Source: a virus
Taxonomy: Duplodnaviria; Caudoviricetes
DNA: 64,000 bases
IMG/VR virus record: IMGVR_UViG_2582581306_000002
Coordinates: 1-64,000 of that record
Strand: one strand, 5' to 3'
Of this stretch, positions 10,208 through 19,909 are shown in pieces. The notes under the pieces were generated by a model. It was not told the DNA's origin. It searched no databases and worked only from the letters and a program-made list of their open reading frames with translations. The number at the start of each line of letters is the position of its first letter. Positions within the stretch are counted from its first letter, which is position 1. The position numbers and the translations under genes were made by a program.

Positions 10208-10894
10208 ATGAACAGTAGATATCTGGCGATCGCCGACATCATCGGCAGGGTCTGCATCTGTCTCTACTTCATCCCAGCGATGATAACGCGGGTGACATTT
10301 ATCCAAGATACCTTTGCTGGTGACACATTGGCGTCCATCGACATCGTAACGGTAGTAGCCAAAGTGGCTTCCTTGCTTTTTCTTGGGATGATATGCGTTG
10401 CCGCGATAACACGTGTTCCGCCGATCCGCTCGGCTGAAAGCGCGGAAGGCTACGTTACCGCGATGGCGGGAACGTTCATCTTGGCTGCGCTGGTCGGGTA
10501 TTTACCATCGGCGGATATCTCCATTTCTACCCGCTTGATCGCACTGGCCTTAACAACCATCGGTCTTCTGGCATCAGCCTATGTGCTGCTGTTTTTAGGG
10601 CGCGCGTTCAGCATCATGCCTGAGGCACGAGTGCTGGTTACCAGTGGCCCCTACGCCATCGTGCGTCACCCGCTTTATCTCACAGAACAAATCATGATAA
10701 TTGGCTTCATCATCCTCAATCTGTCGATCTGGTCGGTGTTGCTCGGCGTCATCCAATTGCTTCTGCAATTCCGGCGCATGGTCAATGAGGAGCGCGTTCT
10801 CCGAGCCGCATTCCCCGAATACGACACCTACGCGGCAGCAGTGCCTCGCATCGTCCCGTTCATGACCTTCAGAAGACGGCAGCCCGCGGTGTGA
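10208..10894 (+). CDS. Isoprenylcysteine carboxyl/phospholipid methyltransferase family membrane protein
   Basis: LVTSGPYAIVRHPLY and EERVL..AFPEY..Y motifs. Confidence 0.85.
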   Translation: MNSRYLAIADIIGRVCICLYFIPAMITRVTFIQDTFAGDTLASIDIVTVVAKVASLLFLGMICVAAITRVPPIRSAESAEGYVTAMAGTFILAALVGYLPSADISISTRLIALALTTIGLLASAYVLLFLGRAFSIMPEARVLVTSGPYAIVRHPLYLTEQIMIIGFIILNLSIWSVLLGVIQLLLQFRRMVNEERVLRAAFPEYDTYAAAVPRIVPFMTFRRRQPAV

Positions 10895-13643
10895 ACCGGC
10901 TGGGCCTTTGGTCACGCACAGCCCCACAGACGCGCGTTAGGCCTTGGCCGGTACTCGACACCGGAAAATCGCCGTGGAAGTGGAAGGTCATAGGAGCGTG
11001 CACGGTGGTCTTTTCCTTCACGCCCGCACCGCCCCGACCATCAGAAACCCGGCTGTCGTCGACGATGATCACCCGCTCGGAGTTACGCTTGAAGAACTCG
11101 ACCTTCTGGTCCTCGCCCGGCATGATCTGGCCGCCGGTAGCGAAGCCGTTCAACCGGGCTTGCTGTTGCTGAAGGAATGTCCTGTAATCCCCGATGATGC
11201 TGGTCTCGATCGCGACGGCATAAGGGTTTTTGCTGACCTGCATCAGGTTGGCATAGTCGAACGCGCCGCTACCATTGAGGCTTCCTCGGTTGAAATTTCC
11301 CGATGCACCACCACCGCTATAGCCGCCACCCCTGCTGCCGCTGGAGGACGAACCGCCGGAACGAGACGCCACCGACAGGCTACCGATCGACGACTTGACC
11401 GCGTTCAGGCAGCCAATGATGGTCTGCGTATCGCTTTCCATCGTCGCCATGTAGGGGGTCTGGAGGCGCAACTCGGCAAGGATCGAATAGAGGTGATCCT
11501 CCATCAGGGACAGGGTATCCCGACCGCCCGACAGGATCGACGCGGTGGAGGTGGCATTGGTTACATGCCCAGAACCGGACATCGTGACCAGTTCGGCGCC
11601 CTTTTCACCAACGAGATAGGTTCCGCCACCAGAGACCGGGCCACCGGATGCGCGGGAGCCGTATAGCTCTCGAACCCAATCCGTGCCGCCGGTCCGGTTG
11701 TAAATGCGCTCACGGCTCTCAGCCGAAAGATTGGCCCACAGTTGCGCGGTCGGAAATACGCCGTTCATGCCGGTGACAGTGACCATCTTGCCGCCACCGA
11801 CGTCATACTGCTGCTGCGACATCATGGGGAGACCCCCATATTCCTGCGTGCCGGTCGAACCGCCGATCACGTTGACGTTGGCAGTGCCGCCGCCCGTCGC
11901 GCCGACCGTATACTGACGCACGCCAATATTCACCACCCTGTCGGGGATGGAAAGGATGGACTGCGAGAGCGAGTCGACGCCCATTTTCAAATCCATGGTC
12001 CGCAGGTAGCCGGCGATCATGGCGTTGATGTATTGATCGACAGAGCGCGCATCGCCGCCGACCCCCTTGAGGCTTTGGCGGACGAGTTCAAGGGCGGCAT
12101 GAGCTTGGGTAGCGGTCATGCCGCCACTGCCAAGAGCGGTCATAACCTTCTGGATACTGGTGGCCGCGTTGGCGATCGCGTCAGATGCGCCCTTGCCCAT
12201 GAAGTTATCGCCAAACACTTCGGCGACGGGCGTATTCGCTGCGTCGGCAAGTGCCTTCTGGATCTCCGACAACTCCGTTTTCATCGTGCGGAGGCGGCCA
12301 CTGGACTGCTGGAGCGCCATCAGCGCCTTGCCCTGGGCGTTCGCCGATTGCTGCGCGGTCTGCGATGCTGATTGCAGAGCTGAACCTAGTGAAGTGACGC
12401 CTTGCGTGGCTTCCGAAAGATCGATCGCTTTCAGCCTGTCCAGACTGCCGGCGCTTTCGTCGGCGGCAACCTTGGCGGCCTTCAGCATTGCGGGAAGCGT
12501 CCGCGCGGCCTTTTCGGCTTCGGCGTCGACCGCCCTCAATGAGTTTGCGAGCGCCTTCTGCGACTCCGTCGCCTCGTTGCTGACCGCGATCTTTGACAGC
12601 GCCTCGATGTATTGCAGCAGGCCGGGCTTGTTTGCCTTGGTGGCCTTGTCGAGTTCGAGGACCGCTGCCTTGAACTGATTGATAATGTTGATATTTCCAT
12701 CAAAAGCGGACGCAGGAAGATTCAGCGCCTCAGCAATTTCATTGCGCGCCGCGTTCACAACGACGTCAAGCGTCCCTTTCAACGTCTCCTGTGTGTTGGC
12801 GGCTAGCGTCGACCCGCTTGCCGCTGTGTACTCTGCCAGGCCGGTCGCTGCCTGACCATAGGCCCCCTTGAGGGCGCGGATGTTCTCCGCATGCTGTGCC
12901 AGGAGCGCATCGACATTCGCAGTGCCTTCACGCACGGATGAGAAATATTGGATCAGCGCCGCGGTGCCGGCGACCAGGCCAAGCGTCACGAGCGACACCG
13001 GGTTGATGATCGACAAGAACGCAGCGCCAAGGCCTCGCACGGCGCCGGCCGCGCCCATGGGGCCGAGCACGGCTGAAATCTGCGTTCCCTGCTGTAGCGC
13101 GATCTGGAGGGGCGACATGCCCATGGCAGACGTGACGGCAATGTCCTGGAACTGCGCTGCGAGGTTGGCGGTCCCGAATTGATCAGCACCGCCGCCATGA
13201 ACAGGGCTGCCGGCAATACCGCCGCGAAGCGTGCGACGGGCTGTGGCGGCTGAATTGAGCGCGGTGCTATAGCCCTTGATGGCCTCGATAGATGCCAATG
13301 CAGCCTGTCGCTCCCGGCCGAGCGCCGTGGCCATCTCATTGACAGACAGTGCACCGAGCCGGTGGGCTGATCGGATCTCTTCCTGTGTCTGCTTGTAGCG
13401 TTGAATGACTGCAAAGGTCGGATTGAATTTGGCGCGCAAGGCGTCCTGCTGCTGTACGAGGGCCTGGAAAGAGCCCTGCGCCGACTTGGCGGCCTGTGTC
13501 TGGGCATCGGTCAGATCCTTCATAACTGACTTGGCAGACGTGGCAGACTTCGCAATGTCGTCAATCGAGCGCGATACGACCCGACCGCCTGTCTGGGCTC
13601 CAGAGGGATCGATGACAATTTTCAGTGTCCTGGTGGTTTCCAT
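10869..13643 (-). CDS. Phage tail tape-measure-like protein; C-terminus possibly truncated
   Basis: NLAAQFQDIAV...SPLQIALQQGTQI (lambda-type TMP), RASGGPVSGGGTYLVGEKGAEL, GFATGG. Confidence 0.85.
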   Translation of the reverse strand: METTRTLKIVIDPSGAQTGGRVVSRSIDDIAKSATSAKSVMKDLTDAQTQAAKSAQGSFQALVQQQDALRAKFNPTFAVIQRYKQTQEEIRSAHRLGALSVNEMATALGRERQAALASIEAIKGYSTALNSAATARRTLRGGIAGSPVHGGGADQFGTANLAAQFQDIAVTSAMGMSPLQIALQQGTQISAVLGPMGAAGAVRGLGAAFLSIINPVSLVTLGLVAGTAALIQYFSSVREGTANVDALLAQHAENIRALKGAYGQAATGLAEYTAASGSTLAANTQETLKGTLDVVVNAARNEIAEALNLPASAFDGNINIINQFKAAVLELDKATKANKPGLLQYIEALSKIAVSNEATESQKALANSLRAVDAEAEKAARTLPAMLKAAKVAADESAGSLDRLKAIDLSEATQGVTSLGSALQSASQTAQQSANAQGKALMALQQSSGRLRTMKTELSEIQKALADAANTPVAEVFGDNFMGKGASDAIANAATSIQKVMTALGSGGMTATQAHAALELVRQSLKGVGGDARSVDQYINAMIAGYLRTMDLKMGVDSLSQSILSIPDRVVNIGVRQYTVGATGGGTANVNVIGGSTGTQEYGGLPMMSQQQYDVGGGKMVTVTGMNGVFPTAQLWANLSAESRERIYNRTGGTDWVRELYGSRASGGPVSGGGTYLVGEKGAELVTMSGSGHVTNATSTASILSGGRDTLSLMEDHLYSILAELRLQTPYMATMESDTQTIIGCLNAVKSSIGSLSVASRSGGSSSSGSRGGGYSGGGASGNFNRGSLNGSGAFDYANLMQVSKNPYAVAIETSIIGDYRTFLQQQQARLNGFATGGQIMPGEDQKVEFFKRNSERVIIVDDSRVSDGRGGAGVKEKTTVHAPMTFHFHGDFPVSSTGQGLTRVCGAVRDQRPSRFTPRAAVF

Positions 13644-13650
13644 CTGGGCC

Positions 13651-14039
13651 TCACATGATTGATTGGAGTTCGGCGAAGGTCAGGGAGACGACACCGGCCG
13701 GCGCCTGTTGGGACCATCCATTTTCGATACGGGGCCCGTACGGAAGTGCATTGGTGACCCAGACGGCGCGATACGGCGGCAGAGCCTCAATGGTGGCCTG
13801 GCCTTGGCGATGGTGGCGCCGCCGCTCTTATCGACTGCCTCGGTGACGGTCATGTCCGCGACGTTGACGGAAACATTCCAGTTGCCGCGGAACCGGCCGG
13901 ATTTGACAGGGCTCTTGAGAACAACGCCCCGCAAAGCGTGCATCGCCAGCTTCTGCACCACGGGCTTCACCATCTCGTCGGGGATGGATTCCGCGAACTG
14001 CCGGAGATCAAGCACGAATGTACCGAAGGCATCGACCAT
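13651..14039 (-). pseudogene. HK97 gp10-like tail completion protein with 1-nt frameshift near 13801
   Basis: SPVKSGRFRGNWNVS then, in the shifted frame, WVTNALPYGPRIENGWSQQAPAGVV. Confidence 0.75.
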
Positions 14040-14043
14040 GGCG

Positions 14044-14340
14044 TCAATCCCTGTACAGCGTGTCGAGGGCCTGCCGCATGTCGCGGTAGATCCCATCGAG
14101 GGTTGCGAGAGCGTGGTCAGCCACCTGACGGATTGCCAAGTGCTCCGGAGCCGCCCATGGCCGGCGGCTGAAGGCTTCCACCATGTTGGTGATTTCGGCT
14201 TTCCGGTTCCGGTAGTGCTTGACCATGTTCTTCCGGGCGGCTTTGTAGCCGGAGCCCGAGCGCACCAATTCGTCAGCTGCCGCATCGCCGAAGGCTTCAA
14301 CGCTGTGCTGAAATGTGCCCATGGCCTGGGTAGCGTCCAT
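14044..14340 (-). CDS. Hypothetical protein
   Basis: GGAGG SD, operonic position. Confidence 0.55.
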   Translation of the reverse strand: MDATQAMGTFQHSVEAFGDAAADELVRSGSGYKAARKNMVKHYRNRKAEITNMVEAFSRRPWAAPEHLAIRQVADHALATLDGIYRDMRQALDTLYRD

Positions 14341-14431
14341 GTCAAAACCCTCCCGAAAAGGGTGCGGTCCCCACCGCTGGGAAGCCACGACACATGGCAC
14401 TGAGACCGTGGAACGACGGGGACCGCATCTC

Positions 14432-14704
14432 TTAGGCCGCCTTGGCCGAAACGAGGGATTCGCAACGCGAGATTCGGAGGATTTCACGGGCGAATGCACG
14501 AGCCTCGTCAAAGGCTTTCCGGTCGCCGGCAGCGCTGCGGCCCGATTGCTCGATGTTGGCGACCTTCACCAGATAACGGTCGAAATGGCCGTCGATACGA
14601 TTGGCGATCTCCGCAGCCGGCAGGGTGGTGTTCGCGATATCCTCTATGGAGGCCATCAGCAGGCCGCGTGCGAGATCGGTGAGTTCAATGTCGGTCGTGT
14701 TCAT
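14432..14704 (-). CDS. Hypothetical protein
   Basis: AAGGA SD, operonic position. Confidence 0.55.
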   Translation of the reverse strand: MNTTDIELTDLARGLLMASIEDIANTTLPAAEIANRIDGHFDRYLVKVANIEQSGRSAAGDRKAFDEARAFAREILRISRCESLVSAKAA

Positions 14705-14706
14705 GT

Positions 14707-15603
14707 TCAGTCCTTTCCGACGTATTTGTCTTTGTAGAATTCCTTGGCGTAGTCCTCGCCTTGAAGGTGGGCGGTCTGCCGTTCCAAGGCGTAATCAACA
14801 AACAGGAGCCGCTCCTCGAAATTCATTGCCTTGATCGACCCGAATATGGCCGCAACATCGATGGGCGGGGGTGAGAAGGATGCTTTCTCAGCTTCCTTGT
14901 CGATCTGCTGCTCGATCGGCTTGAATTCAGCATCGAAGTCGTGGCGAAGCATTCCGAGGATCTCGCGAACGTCATCACGGGCGCCGTCGACGGCTCGCTC
15001 TACCGTCTTCACGGCTTCGTCGAGTTCATTCAGCCCCGCGATTTCATCGCCATAGCGCTGCTCGACAAGTATCCGGCTGAGATCGTCCCGCGTCGACGGG
15101 AGCAAGCCGGTGATTTCGACAGGAACGGATATCGCCGCTTCCACGATGAAAGGGTCACTGGCATGTCGGACGGCCTTGGTGCGCTCGTCAGGTGACAGGG
15201 TAAAAGCCAGCGCCTGACTTCCTGCCGGCGCATTTCACCGACGATGTCGGCCGGGTCATGGTCGGGAAATGGCTTGAAGGCAGCCCGGCGGCTATCGATC
15301 TCGCGACGGAACTTGCTGACCTGCTGGGCTGCAGCGCGGCGAATGTCTGGCACCGTCTCGTCAAGCGCGGTCTGCTTAAGCATGTCTTGGATGCCGGTCT
15401 TCGTGTACTTGCCCGTCTTCTCCAGTTCGGAGCGCCGGGTGCGTATCCGTTCGGGCGCGCTCTGGATCTCGCCGTAGAGCTTCTGCAGCGTGGGTAAACG
15501 GGCCGGTGTCGCCCTGATCACGCCACTGCGGCATCCACGGGCCGATCCACTTGCCCTTGTCCGAACGGTCCTTGCCGGGAAACTTCGAATCCTTATTGAG
15601 CAT
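14707..15603 (-). pseudogene. Hypothetical gene broken by two frameshifts
   Basis: Coding-like text runs through three successive frames (MLNKDSK.., LQKLYGEIQ.., EAAISVPVE..). Confidence 0.6.
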
Positions 15604-15605
15604 CG

Positions 15606-16151
15606 CTATTGCCTCCAAGCTTGAGCTTGCCTTCCGTGCTCGCCTTCGCCTTTCTGCCAAACAGGGGTGAGGACTTGGAGAACGTGCTCCGTGTCGATCT
15701 CTTGGACGGCGAGCTTGCGCAGCTTGACGCAATAGGCGTCTCCAAGCGTCAGTTCCCATTGAGCGATATGCTTGGGGTTCGACCAACTCGGTTTCATGAT
15801 AGCGATGAAAGCGTCGGCTACCGAGCCGAACGTTTCGAGCTTGATAGCGGCTCGGCGATCGGTGGCCTCCATGAATGGATCCCCTCGCCTTCCAAGGATA
15901 TCGCGGACCTCCTGCGCTTTGTGGCGCGCCTGCTTCAAGGAGATGGTCTCAGCCTTGCCGGCTTTCGCCGCGGAACCGAGCCCCATCTCGTACCGCTTTC
16001 CGCTGGTGACCCACATGAACAGCCAGGACTTTGCCCCGGTCTTGGAGACGTTGAGATAGAGCCCGCCGCCATCACTGTGCCGGCCGGCTGCGAGTTTGTC
16101 GGATGAGACGAATGAAGCCGATAGTTTGTTCAGGCCACGTGCCAAATCCAT
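15606..16151 (-). pseudogene. P4-like tyrosine integrase; arm-binding and core-binding parts only, catalytic domain deleted
   Basis: GRHSDGGGLYLNVSKTGAKSW..EMGLGS...ISLKQAR; WSNPKHIAQW; similarity stops at VLTPVWQK. Confidence 0.85.
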
Positions 16152-16290
16152 CCCCACTTCTTTCCCCACTTTGGGGCTAGGTTGAAGGCGAATTATAGCG
16201 GACGGCCATGAATTGGGAAAGACAGTTTGTTGTTTTAGTTCAATACGATAGCGGACATTCGCGGACGGCTGCGAACGGTAATTAGCCAGA

Positions 16291-16343
16291 CACCTCTTCC
16301 GCCAGAACTTCAGCCTATCGTGTGAAAATATTCGATGATATTT
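16291..16343 (+). repeat. att junction (copy 2): attR of element 2 plus left end of a related older element
   Basis: CACCTCTTCCGCCA is identical to 1674-1687; the following ~40 bp nearly match 7192-7231. Confidence 0.88.
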
Positions 16344-16582
16344 TCCGAGCAAGCCCCCTTCTCCAATTTTACCTTTACCGTTTTTTGGGTGAAATCGGAT
16401 ATTTTGCTCGCCATCGTGGATTCATCCCGCCCGTTCGCAGCATTGATCAGCGCCGTTCCTCCCCTGCCCTCATGATAACCAGTCAAGAGTAACCTTCTCC
16501 GGATGCCCGCAACCTTTTTGATGATGATGTCATTTGATTAGGGGGGTATAAAATACACGCAGGTGGTCGAAGGAGGTCTGCG

Positions 16583-16855
16583 ATGAAATCTGCAGTTTTC
16601 TTAGCGGCAGCGCTTGTGCTTGCCGCATGCACAGCAGTGGAACTCGAGCCCATCCCGGGCAGCATCACCTATGGTGGCCAGCCACGGACCAAACTGACCA
16701 AGTCGCCTGCCGGCAGCACCTTCACGCACACGTTCCACGACGAGCGCGGCGGATATTGGAGCGAGACCTATCAGATACAGCCTGACCGCTCGCTGAAGAT
16801 CATTTCGCGGCGCAGAGCCGAAGACTTCAGACTGAACGCAAACGGCGGATTGTAA
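16583..16855 (+). CDS. Small lipoprotein
   Basis: Signal peptide with LAAC lipobox; AGGAGG SD. Confidence 0.75.
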   Translation: MKSAVFLAAALVLAACTAVELEPIPGSITYGGQPRTKLTKSPAGSTFTHTFHDERGGYWSETYQIQPDRSLKIISRRRAEDFRLNANGGL

Positions 16856-17497
16856 GACGCTGGAATGGTCTCTTGCCCCGCCAAGGATGCCCGGACCATA
16901 TTCGTCAGATGAAGCAGATGGCCAACATCTTGATTTTCGCCATCTCGCTTTCATGACACCGATGAGGGCGCTCGCTGCGGATACATGCTCCATCCTGTCC
17001 GTGAATAGCTGTTGTCTAGCCCGCCATGTTACCGACGGTGGCGATGACCGTAGTCAGGGCGGGTGCGCTGGCGTGCGTCCAAAGCTGATACCCGACGACA
17101 CCGCCGAGAATAGCGGACCATATCGCAAAATCCCCGATCCGAAACAGTGGCTCTCTTTTCATCCCAGTCATCCTCACATCCAATGTGATTTCTTGAGAAC
17201 AATATTGCGCCGATCGTTCATTTTTAGAAGACGACGTTTAGTGAACACAGCATTTCACATTGAACAATCAAAACCTGTAACCGCGGGAACTGCCGCGACT
17301 GTGAGCAACACGGTGGCCAGGATGTCAACGCTGGGATGGGAGAGCGACGGGGAGTAACTCGCCGCAAGAATGATTCCCCCATTCGTCGAAACATGTTATC
17401 GTCCTGCCGGCACACTGCATCGAAGGTTGTGATGCTTATTGATGCCTTGTTGCATCATTTGTGCTATAGGTTGCTGAGTTCGTCGGAGGAGAAGGCA

Positions 17498-17716
17498 ATG
17501 CATTATAGCGTGCAGTTTTTCACTTGGACTCCGAAACAGGGCGTTCATCAGGTCGGATCGACGATTGAGATTGATGCGGTCAATCCGAAGCTTGCAGCCG
17601 TATCCCTGTTGGGGCTGAGGCTGGAGGAGACCGGCGCCGCCAAGAAACTCGCAGTGCGCGTCTGGAATGCGCCTGATGACAGCAAGGCTGATTGCGAGTG
17701 CTTCTACTACCATTGA
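17498..17716 (+). CDS. Hypothetical protein
   Basis: GGAGGAGAAGG SD, 72 aa. Confidence 0.55.
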   Translation: MHYSVQFFTWTPKQGVHQVGSTIEIDAVNPKLAAVSLLGLRLEETGAAKKLAVRVWNAPDDSKADCECFYYH

Positions 17717-17980
17717 CCAGTCGTCGCATTCAGCACCGTGAATCCTGCTGCTACCCAACGTGATAGGAACCCCTTTGCGGGGGCGAATGGGTCGTTTCAT
17801 CTATGATGGATTTGCCTGTCGCGTCGCCGCGAGACGGCGTTGACGTGGCGTTCAGGAAACGGCTTGCATTCTTGTCAGGGAGAACAATCTGTCAGCATCT
17901 GTTCAGAATGCCGAGAAAAAGCGTTCAGAACGGCGCGATCTCGAAACCGCACTACGTATTGTAATCATTGTGGGAAAATT

Positions 17981-18024
17981 TGGAGGCCTCGCCCGGAATT
18001 GAACCGGGGTGCAAGGATTTGCAG
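17981..18024 (-). repeat. 3' half of tRNA-Cys(GCA); prophage att site
   Basis: Reverse complement CTGCAAATCCTTGCACCCCGGTTCAATTCCGGGCGAGGCCTCCA spans anticodon loop to CCA; 5' half absent. Confidence 0.88.
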
Positions 18025-18142
18025 GCCTCGGAGCATTCAGGAAAATCAAGGCCCGTTATGAAGAAATAGCCCTTTTTCGGCTTTTTCCACCGATTTTTCA
18101 TCGTTGATTTTGTTCATAAAAATCGCGTCTTCATAACAGCTT

Positions 18143-18259
18143 TCACGCGATAATGGCCGTGAAAAACACGTAGACGACAACCATAACAACGGCCACAAGC
18201 AACGTCGGTATCTGCGGCTTCGCGGCCTGCTTCAGAACCTTTGTCTTCGACCTATTCAT
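18143..18259 (-). CDS. 38-aa membrane peptide at the end of the lysis cassette
   Basis: MNRSKTKVLKQAAKPQIPTLLVAVVMVVVYVFFTAIIA; overlaps holin stop; AGGAG SD. Confidence 0.5.
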   Translation of the reverse strand: MNRSKTKVLKQAAKPQIPTLLVAVVMVVVYVFFTAIIA

Positions 18260-18575
18260 GGGGCTGCTCCTTCAGTTGGCGACTGCGGATGCGGAATGCC
18301 TTGAGAATAATTTCGACGATGATGACGCCGCCGACACCGATGATGAAACCCCCGACACTGGCTGCTTGTTCCCCGATATCTATGGCGCCCAGCGCCCAGC
18401 GGAACATGGGGACGCCGATGGGACCGAGATAGTACGCCGTTACGGCACCAACGAACAGCTTCCGAATTGCGGGAAGGACACCAGTCCATTCCATCGCCAC
18501 GGACACTGCGGATCCTGCGATGCCCGCCAAGGCGAGCTCACCGTTCCTGCTGGAAAGCCAATCCCAGAAATTCAT
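18252..18575 (-). CDS. Putative holin
   Basis: Small multi-TM protein with basic C-tail in the lysis cassette. Confidence 0.65.
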   Translation of the reverse strand: MNFWDWLSSRNGELALAGIAGSAVSVAMEWTGVLPAIRKLFVGAVTAYYLGPIGVPMFRWALGAIDIGEQAASVGGFIIGVGGVIIVEIILKAFRIRSRQLKEQPHE

Positions 18576-18847
18576 TGCCCCTGCCCTTCCAATGCCGTCG
18601 CCGCTTCCGCCAGCGCTCGATGTCGTTTGCCGCAATTACCCAGCGCGATCCGATCCAGCGCCCAGGACCGCTGTGTCTCTTCGTCCTGCAGGGCGCGGTC
18701 CGGTAGTTCCACGGCTTGCGGGCACGGCTGTTTCAGCGCGGCAGGAATTTTCGCCGGTTCCGGGGTGTCAACGACCAAGGGGGGCGAGGAGATCGCGCAC
18801 CCGCTTAGAAACAGCAGGCCGGCACTTAGCGTTAGGATCTTGCGCAT
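18572..18847 (-). CDS. Putative o-spanin (Rz1-like lipoprotein)
   Basis: LSGC lipobox, Pro-rich, overlaps the i-spanin gene. Confidence 0.75.
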   Translation of the reverse strand: MRKILTLSAGLLFLSGCAISSPPLVVDTPEPAKIPAALKQPCPQAVELPDRALQDEETQRSWALDRIALGNCGKRHRALAEAATALEGQGQ

Positions 18848-19211
18848 TTTCGGCCCTTTCGGCTTCAAGTGCTTTTTCGAGCGAGGAGAGGTGCAGGGCT
18901 TGGCTGGTCTGCTCGGACCAGTATTCGGCCTCGATGCGGTCGATCTTCGCCTGTGTGGCGCGGCGATCGTCATCCAGCTTGATGCTGGCCCTGCGCTGCT
19001 TCTCCTGCCACGCCAGGCGCTCGGACAGCGCGCCGGCATCGAAGGCGCGATCGACGCGGCCGAACGCAAGATCGGAGACAACGGGCACGTATTCGATGTA
19101 CGGCACCGACTTCACCAGAGGGACGCCCTCATAGAAGACGATAACGGCAACGGCGATGATGCCGTGCCAGCCGAGAAATCGGAGCGCTGCGATAACGGTT
19201 GGCATCCACAT
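18768..19211 (-). CDS. Putative i-spanin (Rz-like)
   Basis: N-terminal TM, coiled coil, C-terminal Cys. Confidence 0.7.
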   Translation of the reverse strand: MWMPTVIAALRFLGWHGIIAVAVIVFYEGVPLVKSVPYIEYVPVVSDLAFGRVDRAFDAGALSERLAWQEKQRRASIKLDDDRRATQAKIDRIEAEYWSEQTSQALHLSSLEKALEAERAENAQDPNAKCRPAVSKRVRDLLAPLGR

Positions 19212-19221
19212 GGGAGCGACC

Positions 19222-19758
19222 TCAGACCTTGGCGATCTGCGCGGTGACTTCGTCCCGCAGTTTCTTGCCGCACATCGCGGCACCCAGTACCAGTGGAGCG
19301 AAGGCGAGCCGGGTGAAGTCCCATTTGCCGCGCTGCTGGATACCCAGCGTGCCCTGCACCTCGGCGTGGGAAAGAACGGTCTGAGGCGTCACCCCGATCT
19401 TGTAGCGCAGGCAGAGCTCGGCGACGACAATGATCATCTTGTCCCACTGCACCTTGGTCATGGGATGGTGGCCCGCATCGAACGGCTTTTCGGTTGCGCC
19501 CGCCATGCAGCACAGCGAAACACCGATGGAGCCGCCGTTGCAGTTCAGGGTGTGAGCGGCGTAGTCACCTTTGATCGGCCGTTCGTTCTGGGCGATGGTG
19601 TGGTCGCCCCGGATCAACTTACCGTCACCCTCGACGAGGATGTGATAATGCTCCTTGTCGACCGGGCCGGCCCTGCTGGCGCCGGCGGTCCAGTGACAGA
19701 TGACGCGGCTCATTTTCGCGTCGGGCATCCAGTCTTTGGGGATTACTTGCGTGATCAT
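19222..19758 (-). CDS. Endolysin, N-acetylmuramoyl-L-alanine amidase (Amidase_2)
   Basis: VICHWTAG, YHILV, AAHTLNCNGGSIGVSL, VLSHAE. Confidence 0.88.
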   Translation of the reverse strand: MITQVIPKDWMPDAKMSRVICHWTAGASRAGPVDKEHYHILVEGDGKLIRGDHTIAQNERPIKGDYAAHTLNCNGGSIGVSLCCMAGATEKPFDAGHHPMTKVQWDKMIIVVAELCLRYKIGVTPQTVLSHAEVQGTLGIQQRGKWDFTRLAFAPLVLGAAMCGKKLRDEVTAQIAKV

Positions 19759-19792
19759 GATGTCGGCTCCGTTGGAACCGCACCTCATGCGC
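19756..19792 (-). promoter_or_regulatory. Late-leader RNA switch, copy 1 (endolysin)
   Basis: GCGCAUGAGGUGC overlapping hairpin CGGUUCC-AAC-GGAGCCG that covers the SD. Confidence 0.7.
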
Positions 19793-19865
19793 AGGAAGAT
19801 GCCGTCTGAATATCACAACAAGCCTTATTGCAACAATCCCGCATTTGTCGTATTTAGAGGCAGTT

Positions 19866-19909
19866 GCGCATGACGTGCTGATGTCCCTTCCAGGAGATTG
19901 GCCCACATG
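19866..19909 (+). promoter_or_regulatory. Late-leader RNA switch, copy 2 (major capsid)
   Basis: GCGCAUGACGUGC; GCUGAU/AUUGGC plus UCC/GGA pairing covers AGGAG; upstream TTGCAA-N17-TATTTA. Confidence 0.7.

Larger units (their letters stand above)
7192..16304. mobile_element. Element 2: decayed phage-satellite-like element with tyrosine integrase
   Basis: Ends in the exact 14-bp tRNA-Ser 3' duplicate CACCTCTTCCGCCA; integrase adjacent; paired CCCCACT sites near both ends (~7250-7267, ~16152-16170). Confidence 0.8.

Noticed and set aside
17870-18140. Short repeats GTTCAGAA and CTTCATAAC around the tRNA-Cys att
   Set aside because: Plausible integrase arm sites, but cannot be verified without the other prophage end
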